From a virus: 64,000 nt of DNA. This document shows positions 1-10,562 of the stretch, piece after piece. Every line of letters begins with the position of its first letter. Position 1 is the first letter of the stretch. The stretch covers positions 64,001 to 128,000 of IMG/VR virus record IMGVR_UViG_3300045971_000354; one strand, 5' to 3'. Position numbers and translations under genes: made by a program. The notes under the pieces were generated by a model that had not been told where the DNA came from, did no database searches, and was given only the letters and a program-made list of their open reading frames with translations.

Positions 1-2
1 AT

Positions 3-3000
3 AAGTATCGTCCGTATTTCACGATATTTACACCTTTTACATCTGCATTCGATCAAGCAGAACAGGTAGGAGGAGTTAGTGCACCGTACGTAAATTGGGC
101 ACCTAACACTACCTATAATATTGGTGATATTGTATTCAACAGTGATCGCTATTATCGTGTGTTGGCAAGACATAACAGTGATACTACTTTTAATAAAGTA
201 TATTATCAATCATTACCGTATCTGCCAATAGTTGGCGGCGCAAGCGTTCTTCGCCGAACCGTATTTGATACTAGTGAAACTATTATTAATTACGGGTCTG
301 AATACTATTCTGTTCAAGATGTGGATGACTTAATTATGGGTTACGGTAAGTGGTTAGAATCTAAAGGATTTGTATTTAACGAGTATAATGGCGATTTAGA
401 TCATGTATTAGACTGGAGTTTTTCCGCTCGTGAATTTTTGTATTGGACTACTCAGAATTGGGCACCTAACTCAATTATTACATTGAGCCCATTTGCAAAT
501 AAATTAGTATTCCAATCAGATGTTGGAGTAGTTAATAGTATAACTGATTCTTTCTATGAATATAGTTTACTAAAAGCAGACGGCGGCGCTTTCCCTGAAC
601 ATAATTTTAGTATTGTTCGATTAGATGGCGTGTTCTCGTTAAGTACAGTTAACACTACTGACGGTATATATTTTGCCAGACTCAATCTTGTGCAAAAAGA
701 GCATGCATTAGTATTGAATAACTTTACAATGTTCAATGACGTTGTTTATGATGTTGAATCAGGATACCGCCAGCGCAGAGTTAAACTAAAAGGATTTAGG
801 ACAGCTAACTGGAACGGTGATTTCTTTAGTCCTGGTTTTATTTTCGATCAAGCAATAATAAACGATTGGCAAAAATTTACAGACTACGGAGTTGGGGAAG
901 TTGTTAGATTCTCGGGAAAATACTATTCTGCACCAAAGACTACTCCAGGTACTTCTGCATTTAATATTAATCAATGGATCCCGTTAGGAGATAAACCTAC
1001 TCCTAGATTGCTTCCTAACTTTGATTATAAGATTAATCAATTTGAAGATTTTTACAGTTTAGATATTGACAATTTTGATGTTGGGCAACAAGCTATGGCC
1101 CAACATTTAACTGGATATACTCCTCGTCCTTATCTGAACTATATTATTGGAGACCCTATTGCTCAATATAAGTTCTATCAAGGATTTATCAGAGATAAAG
1201 GTAGCCGTGCATCTCTAAATAACCTTAGTAAAGTTAGTTTAAACAATTTTCAAACTAGCGTAGACTTTAACGAAGAGTGGGCATTCCGTATAGGGCATTA
1301 TGGTGGATTTAACACTTATCAAGAACTTGAAATTAGTTTAGAATCTAATAAGTTCCTTGAGAATCCACAAATTATTGAATTCGTACCAACAAAACCGATC
1401 GGTACTTCTAATATTGTTTATTACAAAGATGCATCAGATGTAGTGGTTAAACCTGATAACTTTGATATTACATGTGTATTTGTTACAACATCGACTAGTA
1501 ATATTATAAAACTTCCAATAGCCGGATATGTTAGATTTGACGATGTATCTGCTACAGTATATAACCGTTCTAACATCTTAAATATTACTAATAATTCAAC
1601 ATTATTAGAAGGTGATACGTTCTGGATGGGATTTAGACCAGACGGTGAATGGGATGTTTTAAGATTATCTAAACAGCCTTCTGCTATATCAGACCTTGCA
1701 GTTTATATTCCTGCATCCTCGATGATTTTTAGCACATACTCAAGTCACAATCTCGCAGTCGGTGATTTAATTAGCGTTACTAAAATTGATCCCGCAGTTA
1801 ATGCTTGCTATGAAGTAATTGAGATTTTAAGCACTACTGAATTTATAGTCGCGTCGTCTCTTACTTCGTTGCCTAGCATTGCAACTCCTATTAACGGTGC
1901 TCTATTTGTTTTTAGCTCTTCGAGAGTAACTACATTTGACGATATTGCTAGTATTCCTTATTTAGAAAGATGGAAGGTTGGTGAAAAAATATGGGCAGAT
2001 CCTATTGATGAAAATGATACATGGAAAGTTTACGAAAAGAATGATAACTATCAACCAGTAGGTAATAATTTTACTGATGGAACAAATCAACCTGGCCAGA
2101 ATTTCGGGTCAGCAATCGCAGGTAGTTCTGATCATAAATTTATTATATCGTCGGCACCAAACTACATATCATTAACATCGTCCGGCACAGTGTTTGTTTC
2201 ATATCGTGATGTATTAAAAACTGCCCCGGAAATATTTTCATCATATACCCTTAATGACGGGTTAGGCGGAGGGTACTATACTGGAAACACTCCAACATTG
2301 TTTGGAGCTACACTAATTTTTAACCAAACAGCACGTATGGTAATTGCTGGTGCACCGTTAACTTCACAAGTTAGAAGCGTGTATCCGGGAACAGCTATAG
2401 TTAATGTAAACGGAGCCACAAATACTGGAACTGTTAATCAAGGAGTGGTTAAGCTTTCTTTATTAAAAGATGCAAATAGTAATTTTGCAGAATGGGCAGA
2501 TTCTACTGCTACTGTAACTGTAATTTCCGAATCCCCGGCTACATATTTTGGAGCAAGTTTAGCATACTCGGCAACTAACGGAAGATTAATTGTTGGCGCA
2601 CCGGGAAGTAACTCCATTTACGGATATACAGTTTCTGTATCGACTAGTTCAGTTAGCGTAGTTAAGAGTGGAAGTATTGTTGGATATGCCGGCGGATTAA
2701 AGTTCGGAACATCACTTACAGGAAATTTAGATTTAAGTATGTTTGCAGTAACTGATCCGTTGCATGTTTCTACATTGGGATCTTCTGGTACAATCCATGT
2801 TTACTATAATAACTGGCCAATTTCTTCTATCAGTTCTCAATCAATAACAGGCGACGATTTACCTATTCCTATGCAAGCCGGCGACACTTTTGCATCTTCT
2901 ATTAAGATGACTCAAGATGGAAAAATGCTAATTGCTGGTAGTCCATATGCATACGATCCTGTATTCGGCACTAAAACAGGCGTTGTTGATATTTTCATTT

Positions 3001-6000
3001 ATAATGGTATTAAATTTGTTCACAGTCAGAGAATTCATGCATCTACAGTTTCGTTAGATACTAAATTTGGTTATCAAGTTGATGTTAACGATAATGTTAA
3101 TTCATTAGTTATAGCAGCACATAGTCAATTTGCTTCGGCTAGTGCTACGTTTGACAAGTATGTTTACAACGATCCATTGCTATCACTAAAGCCGGTTTCT
3201 ACTACTTTTGATAGTAATTCTACTGTTTTTTATAGTAGTGAAAACAATACTGGCGATTCAAACATAGTACATAATTATGTAAAATCACCAACCGGATCTA
3301 AGTGGGTGTATGCTCAGGACCTTACAGTACCTGGAACTACTGCAACTGACTCGTTTGGGTCAGCTATATTTTTAAATGATAATTCTATATATGTCGGAGC
3401 ACCTGGATTTTCTAGTGTAGGAGTTGCAAGCAACGGGCAAATTTCTATATTTGATAAAACAGATATTAATGCGAATAGCTGGAATATATTTAGGCAACAG
3501 GAACCACTTGTTGATCTGGAACCAATTAAGCGTTCTATTACTATTGAAAATATTTCAGAACAGGTGAAAGATTATTTAGAAATAATTGATTCTGTTAAAG
3601 GAAAAATATTAGGAACAGCAGCCGCTGAACTAAAATATATTAGCTCTTATGATCCTGCGTTATATAATATAGGAGTTGACGGAGTTACAGTTAATTCCGA
3701 TGCCAACTGGCTTGATGAACATGTAGGTGAATTATGGTGGGATACTTCTTCTGTAAAATATATTTGGTATGAACAAGGCGATTTAGAATACAGAAAAAAT
3801 AACTGGAATAATATTTTTCCGGGCAGTACAATTGATGTTTATGAATGGGTGCGCTCGTCTTATCTTCCTTCGGAATGGAGCGCAGCAGAAAATACTAATG
3901 CAGGAGCAGCAGCCGGCATTAGTGGCCAACCTAAATTTACAAATGATTCTGTGGTGTCTGTTAAACAGTTTTATAATAGTAACAGCAATTCGTTCTCAAA
4001 TGTTTATTACTATTGGGTAAAGAATAAAACGACAGTACCTTCTAATATTCCGAATAGAAAGATTGCAGCATCCCAAATCTCTCAAAATATTGCGAATCCT
4101 GTAGGAAGCGGTGTGGAATTTTTAGCTTTTATTAGTCCAACTGCGGTTATTTTGGCTAATTACAAATCCTCTGTGATTACTGATACTGTTAATTTAAATA
4201 TTGGTTTCGATGTAATTAATAATTCTGCCAATCGCCATACAGAATGGGCATTGATGCAAGAGAATGATCCAAATAGTAAACCAAATTGGTTACTTGAAAA
4301 GAAATTAATTGATAGTTTACTAGGCCACGATAGTATTAATAATCCTGTACCTGATCCTGCATTACCTAGCAAATTAAAATACGGGATCGGTATTCGCCCT
4401 CGACAAAGTTTATTTGTTAATCGTAGAGAAGCTTTACGCAATATAATAGAATATTCAAATGGTATTCTACTAAACAATTTAATTACAGGCAAAGCTAATT
4501 TCAGCAATTTGTTAGCAGCTGATCAGCTCCCTGCCGCATCGACATATGATTCAATTGTTGAAGATATCTATATATTAGATTTAATTCCTACAAAGACTTT
4601 AAAAACTGCTAAAGTATCAGCAGTTGTTGATTCTGTTGGAAAAATAACTAATATTATTGTTGATCCGTTAGCCGCAGGTGCAGGTTATTTAACACCGCCG
4701 ACAATTACTATTAGTGATGTAGGCACCGGCGCAGAATTTAACGTAAATATTGATGTTCAAGGTAAGATCACATCAGTTGATGTTATAAAAGGTGGCACCG
4801 GATATTCAACAAGCATTGCACTAACAGTTAGACCATATACTGCAATTGTACGAACCGATTCTACTTCTGGCGGAAAATGGGCTAAGTATGAATGGGATGA
4901 TGTTGCATCCACATGGACAAAAACCAGAACTCAGAATTTTGATACTTCGATATATTGGAAATATATCGATTGGGCTTCGGCGGATTATAGTAACTTTACT
5001 ATCATAGAAGCTACAGTTCCATCACCATACGATTTATCTGAACTATTTTATCTTTCTACTGGTGCGTATGTTAAAGTGCAGAACGGCGGTGATGGTAGAT
5101 ATTTAATATTAAGCAAGACTTCGGGTACAGGCGGAACATTTGACAGCGATTGGAACATTGTCTATTCAGAAAACGGCACAATACAATTCTTAGATTCTAT
5201 TTGGAATTCAACTAACACTGTTTTTTCGTGGGATCAGATTGTTGGATTTGATGTTACTAGCTATGATCAAACTCCTGATGCTGAAATAAAGTATATTCTA
5301 GATGCATTAAAGGATGATATATTTGTTAATGAGTTTAAAGGATATTGGAATAAATTATTCTTAAAGGCAGTTCGATACGCATTAAGCGAACAGAAGTCTC
5401 TTGACTGGGCATTTAAAACAACATTTATTAGTGTAGTTAACAGTGCCGGCAGCTTAGATCAACGTCATACCTATAAGTTACAAAATGCTTCTTACTATGA
5501 AGATTTCTTAAATGAAATTAAACCGTATCATACAAAGATTCGTAAGTTTACAGAAGTATATACAGCTACTGATTTATCTCACAGCTTTAACACTGATTTT
5601 GATTTGCCGTCATTCTATGATAAACGCACTCTATCATTTAACACACCTTCGGCATATGAATTAACTCAATACCCTTGGAAAGCATGGAATGATAATCACG
5701 GATACGGTGTCTCAGTTATTAATATTTCAAACAATGGTGGTGGGTATACATCAACACCTATAGTAACTATTATTCCTGCTGTTGGTGATACTGGTGCCGG
5801 TGCAGAAGCAATTGCTTTTATATCATTAGGTACTGTAAATCGTATTATTGTTACTAACCCGGGAAGGGGTTATACAATAACACCTACTATAAAGATCAGT
5901 GGCGGCGGAAGCACTACTTTAAATTCTGCACAAGCTTATGCACAGCTCGGCGGAAGTCCAGTTCGTGCAAATAAAGTAAGAATGAAATTTGATCGAGTTT

Positions 6001-9000
6001 CAACAACTAGAGAAATTGGCAATCAGTATTTCTCACAAGTGTTTGTTGGTAATGGTATTGACTCTAATTTTAACTTAAAGTGGCTACCTCTTAACGATAA
6101 AACAACTATTTCGTTGACTAAAAATGGCATTCTACAGTTAAGTACTGATTATTCATTACTATTCTATAGTACGGCATACAAAACTCAATACGGACGAGCA
6201 AATAATTCTTACCTTAAGAAGTATGCGAGTTTGCAAATGTCGTATATTCCTGAGATTGGGGATGTTATTGAAATCACTTATCCTAAGAGTTTAGAACTAT
6301 ACACCGCAGTTGACAGAGTAGAAGATTACTATGCACCTAACGCAGGGATGCCTGGAAAAGAAATTGCACAAGTAATGAAAGGTGCAGAATATCCGGGAGT
6401 TTCGGTAGATACACTTCCACTTAACTTTGCCCAAGGTTGGTCGGGTACTGAAAGCGGCTGGGATAGTGCAGCATGGGATAATGCAGGATTAGTAGAAGGC
6501 TATTTGTCGTTTGCGACAACTGCATCGAGCCTTGCTCCTTTAACAATTCCGTTTGTTATTAATTCGGGTACACAGTTGAATGTCTATATTCAAGATATTA
6601 GCACAAACACATCTGTTGCACGAAGAATTGATGGCAGCTCTACCTCATCCTTAGTTCAAACAATTTTTGGTATTGGATCAGGTGCAATTGATAGAATTGA
6701 AGTTCCGGTTCCTGGTGCAGGATACGATGCAGCATTTCTTGATGTATTTGTAGCACCTCCGACTTCGCCGACTGGTAGAATTGCAAAAATTACTCCGAAT
6801 GTTTCAACCGGATCGATTGTTAGTTTTACTATTACCGATCAAGGAAGTGGATATCTTGTTGCTCCTGTAATTACAATTATTGAAAAACTAACTACAGGGC
6901 ATTCTACTAGCACAGTTACTATTCCTGCATTTGCTAATGCGATTATTAAGTCTGAATTTACTGCAACAAATACAACAGGTACAATTTCGTCGATACAAAT
7001 TCCTAGTAGTGTACTTACTGCTAGTACTTCATTAATTGTATTCCGCGAGTCAACTAGTGACGGTACAACGACTCCTACCGATGCCGACAGTTTAGATGCA
7101 TTAGTTTCCGGCGGCACATGGGATAAACTTACTGGTAAACTTAGTGGAGCATTAGGAGTTACTCCGGGTGATATAATTGTTGACGGCGATTCGTTCTTGT
7201 CAGCAGTTAGCAGCTATGCTCCTGAAGAATTTGTTCCAGGGCAAATTCAAGAAGCATTTGGAATTAGTGTTTATACAAAACCTCCAGTTGCTGCTCCGTT
7301 AATTGTTAATAAAAAGTATTGGGTAGACGGAACTATGTTAACTTATAAGTTAGGTACTACTCCGAGTAATCGAGATTCTGTTATTGCCACTTTCAATGGT
7401 CAAAAATTAGTTTCTAGTAGATACACTATAGACTTTGATGCTAATACTTTTACCTTTACTAATATAAATCCCGGTACCGGATGGTTAAGTTTAACTAGTA
7501 TGGGAGCAGGCACTGACTCTTTACTAAACTATACTACTGCGGTAAACGCAACTAGTTCTACAATAATTACTACCCCGGTTGCATATTCGGATGTTAAGAG
7601 TTCCTATGTAACTGTAAACGGTGTATCTATTTTAGAAAATGTAGACTATACACTAACAAGCGATAAATCTAGAGCTAAGTTTACTATAACTGCACCCGGC
7701 GTCATTCAGACATACTTGTTTAGTAAACCGTTTAAGTCATTCAGTGAAGTAACTGAGCAAATTATTATTTCAACAGGTACATCTACAACTTATGTATTAA
7801 CTCAACCTCCAGGGACAGTCGGCCCGTTCCATAACCAAGTAATTATTACAAAGAACGGATTAAGAATGTTACCTCCGGTGACTACTTATTATGAAGTTAC
7901 TAACGGACAACGGTCTTTTGATATTAGTTCGACAATTGTTTTTGATAGTGGAAAAGTTGATCTCCGACATTTAGAAGTTTATGTAAACGGAAAACGATCA
8001 AACACATTTGACTTTTGGAATTTTAATCAATCTGCAAATAAAGTTGTGTTTAAAAATGCAGCCTTAGTTGACGGTGATGTTATTGCAATTGTAGTAAAAC
8101 GAGATAACGAATACTTAATTGAGAATAATCAGTTAGAATTAATTTCTCCGTCTGCACCTAACGATGAATATCATATTACAGCGTTTACCAATCACGATCC
8201 TGATTTTATCAGAACAGAACGGTATACCGGTCGCGCTAGTAATCAATATGTTATGCAACGAAAAATAGTCGATGTTTCGTATGTATGGGTTTCTTACAAC
8301 GGTACCCCGTTGACTGCTAGCTTAGATTATAGTATTGATGCTACGAATAATGCAGTTCGAATCAGGGAAGGGATTTTTACAAGTCCCGACGATATTGTAA
8401 TTATAACAAGCTTTGCTGACTATATTCCACTTGATGTAACTGGATATAAAATCTTTAGAGATATGTTAGGTCGTACTCATTATAAGAGACTGAGTGCTCC
8501 TGATACTACTGAACTATTATTACCTTTGTCAATGGATGATGCTACTATCACTGTTAAGGACAGCAGTGTCTTAACCCCGGGACAACCTGCAAGAAATATA
8601 CCCGGAGTTGTTATGATCGATAAAGAACGTATTGAATTCTTTACAATCTCAGGGAATGTGCTCGGTCAATTGAGAAGAAGCACATTAGGAACTGCACCTA
8701 AGCCTGTGTATGATATTGGTACTTTAGTAATGGATCACGGAACAACCCAAAATGTTCCAGTTAACGAAGTTGTACAAAAGTTTGTAGTTACTGCTACTAC
8801 AACTGCTTCAGTTGTTGCAGGATATGTTTTAGATGGGATAACATTTGCTGCTAACACCCCGTATACTGATCAAGTTGAAGTACGATATGCAGGCCGCATG
8901 TTAATGAAACCGTTTATTGATCCTACAAATATTACAGTAACATACAATAACATAGCATATGATAGCGATCCTGCTCTAGATATTTTAGTAAATCCCGGAT

Positions 9001-9308
9001 TTGCAATCAATGCAGGCGGCGTACTGACCATTTCAACCAACAGCAACTTTATTCTTACAGAAGGTGCAAGATTAGAGGTTACTAAACGAATGTCTAATAT
9101 TTGGTACGATAGTCCAGCTTCAACGCTTACCCTTGCTAAAAATACAACTGCACAGGCTAAATTCTTAGCTGAAAAACCAGCAGCTTTACCGGCTGCAATT
9201 ATTTCATCAGCTCCGATTAATGTAACTGCTACTAGTGCAGTCTTGTATACAGAAACTGGCAGCATATTAACTGATGAAAATGGTAACCCATTAGAGGGCG
9301 GTATATAA
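3..9308 (+). CDS. Giant baseplate wedge/tail structural protein (5'-truncated by window edge)
   Basis: Frame is open from position 3 (KYRPYFTIF...) into the 159..9308 ORF. It has FG-GAP-like propeller repeats (FGSAIA..SSAP, FGATL..AGAP, FGASLA..VGAP) and repeated GxGY..P.I.I modules typical of myophage baseplate proteins, and lies in a tail gene block. Confidence 0.7.
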   Translation, partial: KYRPYFTIFTPFTSAFDQAEQVGGVSAPYVNWAPNTTYNIGDIVFNSDRYYRVLARHNSDTTFNKVYYQSLPYLPIVGGASVLRRTVFDTSETIINYGSEYYSVQDVDDLIMGYGKWLESKGFVFNEYNGDLDHVLDWSFSAREFLYWTTQNWAPNSIITLSPFANKLVFQSDVGVVNSITDSFYEYSLLKADGGAFPEHNFSIVRLDGVFSLSTVNTTDGIYFARLNLVQKEHALVLNNFTMFNDVVYDVESGYRQRRVKLKGFRTANWNGDFFSPGFIFDQAIINDWQKFTDYGVGEVVRFSGKYYSAPKTTPGTSAFNINQWIPLGDKPTPRLLPNFDYKINQFEDFYSLDIDNFDVGQQAMAQHLTGYTPRPYLNYIIGDPIAQYKFYQGFIRDKGSRASLNNLSKVSLNNFQTSVDFNEEWAFRIGHYGGFNTYQELEISLESNKFLENPQIIEFVPTKPIGTSNIVYYKDASDVVVKPDNFDITCVFVTTSTSNIIKLPIAGYVRFDDVSATVYNRSNILNITNNSTLLEGDTFWMGFRPDGEWDVLRLSKQPSAISDLAVYIPASSMIFSTYSSHNLAVGDLISVTKIDPAVNACYEVIEILSTTEFIVASSLTSLPSIATPINGALFVFSSSRVTTFDDIASIPYLERWKVGEKIWADPIDENDTWKVYEKNDNYQPVGNNFTDGTNQPGQNFGSAIAGSSDHKFIISSAPNYISLTSSGTVFVSYRDVLKTAPEIFSSYTLNDGLGGGYYTGNTPTLFGATLIFNQTARMVIAGAPLTSQVRSVYPGTAIVNVNGATNTGTVNQGVVKLSLLKDANSNFAEWADSTATVTVISESPATYFGASLAYSATNGRLIVGAPGSNSIYGYTVSVSTSSVSVVKSGSIVGYAGGLKFGTSLTGNLDLSMFAVTDPLHVSTLGSSGTIHVYYNNWPISSISSQSITGDDLPIPMQAGDTFASSIKMTQDGKMLIAGSPYAYDPVFGTKTGVVDIFIYNGIKFVHSQRIHASTVSLDTKFGYQVDVNDNVNSLVIAAHSQFASASATFDKYVYNDPLLSLKPVSTTFDSNSTVFYSSENNTGDSNIVHNYVKSPTGSKWVYAQDLTVPGTTATDSFGSAIFLNDNSIYVGAPGFSSVGVASNGQISIFDKTDINANSWNIFRQQEPLVDLEPIKRSITIENISEQVKDYLEIIDSVKGKILGTAAAELKYISSYDPALYNIGVDGVTVNSDANWLDEHVGELWWDTSSVKYIWYEQGDLEYRKNNWNNIFPGSTIDVYEWVRSSYLPSEWSAAENTNAGAAAGISGQPKFTNDSVVSVKQFYNSNSNSFSNVYYYWVKNKTTVPSNIPNRKIAASQISQNIANPVGSGVEFLAFISPTAVILANYKSSVITDTVNLNIGFDVINNSANRHTEWALMQENDPNSKPNWLLEKKLIDSLLGHDSINNPVPDPALPSKLKYGIGIRPRQSLFVNRREALRNIIEYSNGILLNNLITGKANFSNLLAADQLPAASTYDSIVEDIYILDLIPTKTLKTAKVSAVVDSVGKITNIIVDPLAAGAGYLTPPTITISDVGTGAEFNVNIDVQGKITSVDVIKGGTGYSTSIALTVRPYTAIVRTDSTSGGKWAKYEWDDVASTWTKTRTQNFDTSIYWKYIDWASADYSNFTIIEATVPSPYDLSELFYLSTGAYVKVQNGGDGRYLILSKTSGTGGTFDSDWNIVYSENGTIQFLDSIWNSTNTVFSWDQIVGFDVTSYDQTPDAEIKYILDALKDDIFVNEFKGYWNKLFLKAVRYALSEQKSLDWAFKTTFISVVNSAGSLDQRHTYKLQNASYYEDFLNEIKPYHTKIRKFTEVYTATDLSHSFNTDFDLPSFYDKRTLSFNTPSAYELTQYPWKAWNDNHGYGVSVINISNNGGGYTSTPIVTIIPAVGDTGAGAEAIAFISLGTVNRIIVTNPGRGYTITPTIKISGGGSTTLNSAQAYAQLGGSPVRANKVRMKFDRVSTTREIGNQYFSQVFVGNGIDSNFNLKWLPLNDKTTISLTKNGILQLSTDYSLLFYSTAYKTQYGRANNSYLKKYASLQMSYIPEIGDVIEITYPKSLELYTAVDRVEDYYAPNAGMPGKEIAQVMKGAEYPGVSVDTLPLNFAQGWSGTESGWDSAAWDNAGLVEGYLSFATTASSLAPLTIPFVINSGTQLNVYIQDISTNTSVARRIDGSSTSSLVQTIFGIGSGAIDRIEVPVPGAGYDAAFLDVFVAPPTSPTGRIAKITPNVSTGSIVSFTITDQGSGYLVAPVITIIEKLTTGHSTSTVTIPAFANAIIKSEFTATNTTGTISSIQIPSSVLTASTSLIVFRESTSDGTTTPTDADSLDALVSGGTWDKLTGKLSGALGVTPGDIIVDGDSFLSAVSSYAPEEFVPGQIQEAFGISVYTKPPVAAPLIVNKKYWVDGTMLTYKLGTTPSNRDSVIATFNGQKLVSSRYTIDFDANTFTFTNINPGTGWLSLTSMGAGTDSLLNYTTAVNATSSTIITTPVAYSDVKSSYVTVNGVSILENVDYTLTSDKSRAKFTITAPGVIQTYLFSKPFKSFSEVTEQIIISTGTSTTYVLTQPPGTVGPFHNQVIITKNGLRMLPPVTTYYEVTNGQRSFDISSTIVFDSGKVDLRHLEVYVNGKRSNTFDFWNFNQSANKVVFKNAALVDGDVIAIVVKRDNEYLIENNQLELISPSAPNDEYHITAFTNHDPDFIRTERYTGRASNQYVMQRKIVDVSYVWVSYNGTPLTASLDYSIDATNNAVRIREGIFTSPDDIVIITSFADYIPLDVTGYKIFRDMLGRTHYKRLSAPDTTELLLPLSMDDATITVKDSSVLTPGQPARNIPGVVMIDKERIEFFTISGNVLGQLRRSTLGTAPKPVYDIGTLVMDHGTTQNVPVNEVVQKFVVTATTTASVVAGYVLDGITFAANTPYTDQVEVRYAGRMLMKPFIDPTNITVTYNNIAYDSDPALDILVNPGFAINAGGVLTISTNSNFILTEGARLEVTKRMSNIWYDSPASTLTLAKNTTAQAKFLAEKPAALPAAIISSAPINVTATSAVLYTETGSILTDENGNPLEGGI

Positions 9309-9351
9309 ATTATGCTAGTAATACCACTAGAAATGCTTAATGATCTCATAA

Positions 9352-9357
9352 TAAATA
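9352..9357 (+). promoter_or_regulatory. T4-like late promoter motif (TAAATA)
   Basis: ATAAATA in the intergenic gap before the fibre gene; the same motif recurs upstream of ~17 genes in the window. Confidence 0.6.
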
Positions 9358-9401
9358 CATCATCTAGCGAAATGAATGCGGAACTTCTTCTTGGAACTTA
9401 A

Positions 9402-10562
9402 ATGACAAAAGTAACACAACTACCAATAGCAACAACTATTACAAATTACGGAGTATTCGTTATCGTTGATGGCGGAATTACTAAACAAATTGGTTGGCAG
9501 ACTTTAAAATCGGGAGCATTCAAAGGCGATACCGGAATACAAGGACCGATCGGTAATACAGGAACACAGGGTATTCAAGGGCCAATCGGAATAACCGGAA
9601 CAGCCGCTACTGTTGTAGTAGGCACTGTAGTTGCGAGTACTGTGACAACAAGTGTTACTGATGTCGGAACACCGGGTAGTGCAATACTTAATTTTGTGTT
9701 ACAGCAAGGTATTCAAGGTATTCAAGGTATTCAAGGACCGATCGGCAATACAGGAACACAAGGTATTCAAGGACCTATCGGATCAACTGGGACATTAGCA
9801 GATCTTCAAATTGGTATAGTTTCTACCGGAACTACTGCTACTGTTGGTATTTCTACTTCAAGCACAATTACAGCGGTATTTACGACATCAACTACTGCTG
9901 CAACAACAGCATCGTCGACGTTAACTACCATTATATTGACAACATCTTCGTCAATATCAACATCTTCGTCGACTGCAACTGTTTTTACTTTAATTACTAC
10001 ATCGACTACTATTTCAACATCTTCGCTAACTGCAACTATTGTTACGACAATTTCTACGGCAACTACTAGATACGGTACATTTCTTAATTTTGTATTACCT
10101 CCGACCCAGTCAACTGTTGGCATTGTTTCACTTACTACCGCTACTACTAGCACAGCAGGTGTGGTTAAAATTGGATCAGGAATTGATGTTTCGTCGAGCG
10201 GCACAATTAGTGTAACTCCGTCTAATGTGGTGTTTACTGGCGGAACTGTTAATAATAGTTCTACATTTACTAATAATCTATCAGTGTACGGAACATTTAC
10301 AGCGGCAACTTTATTAGTTGGCTCAACTGGCATTGGCACAGTGCAATCAACAAACGATCTTTCATTAAAAGCAGCAGGCATTATTACTACTAACGCACCA
10401 TTTGTGTTACCGAGTTATAACTCAACTACAACATTGGCAGCACTTGTTGGCATTCCTGTAGGTGCAACTGTTTTCGTTACAAATGCGCCAGGCGGTGCGC
10501 AACCTTGTTATTTCGACGGAGTACATTGGTATACATTTAACGGCAGAGTTCAGGTTCTATAA
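9402..10562 (+). CDS. Collagen-like tail fibre/spike protein with Thr/Ser-rich tract
   Basis: Two Gly-X-Y runs (GDTGIQGPIGNTGTQGIQGPIG), N-terminal KVTQLP motif, ATTSTAGVVKIGSGIDV fibre motif. Confidence 0.7.
   Translation: MTKVTQLPIATTITNYGVFVIVDGGITKQIGWQTLKSGAFKGDTGIQGPIGNTGTQGIQGPIGITGTAATVVVGTVVASTVTTSVTDVGTPGSAILNFVLQQGIQGIQGIQGPIGNTGTQGIQGPIGSTGTLADLQIGIVSTGTTATVGISTSSTITAVFTTSTTAATTASSTLTTIILTTSSSISTSSSTATVFTLITTSTTISTSSLTATIVTTISTATTRYGTFLNFVLPPTQSTVGIVSLTTATTSTAGVVKIGSGIDVSSSGTISVTPSNVVFTGGTVNNSSTFTNNLSVYGTFTAATLLVGSTGIGTVQSTNDLSLKAAGIITTNAPFVLPSYNSTTTLAALVGIPVGATVFVTNAPGGAQPCYFDGVHWYTFNGRVQVL
9705..9731 (+). repeat. 9-bp tandem repeat (CAAGGTATT)x3 within the collagen region
   Basis: Seen directly; encodes QGIQGIQGI. 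9540-9579 and 9732-9771 are also near-identical. Confidence 0.9.

Noticed and set aside
159-161. ORF-track start of the 3049-aa protein
   Set aside because: The frame is open back to position 3, so the real start is upstream of the window
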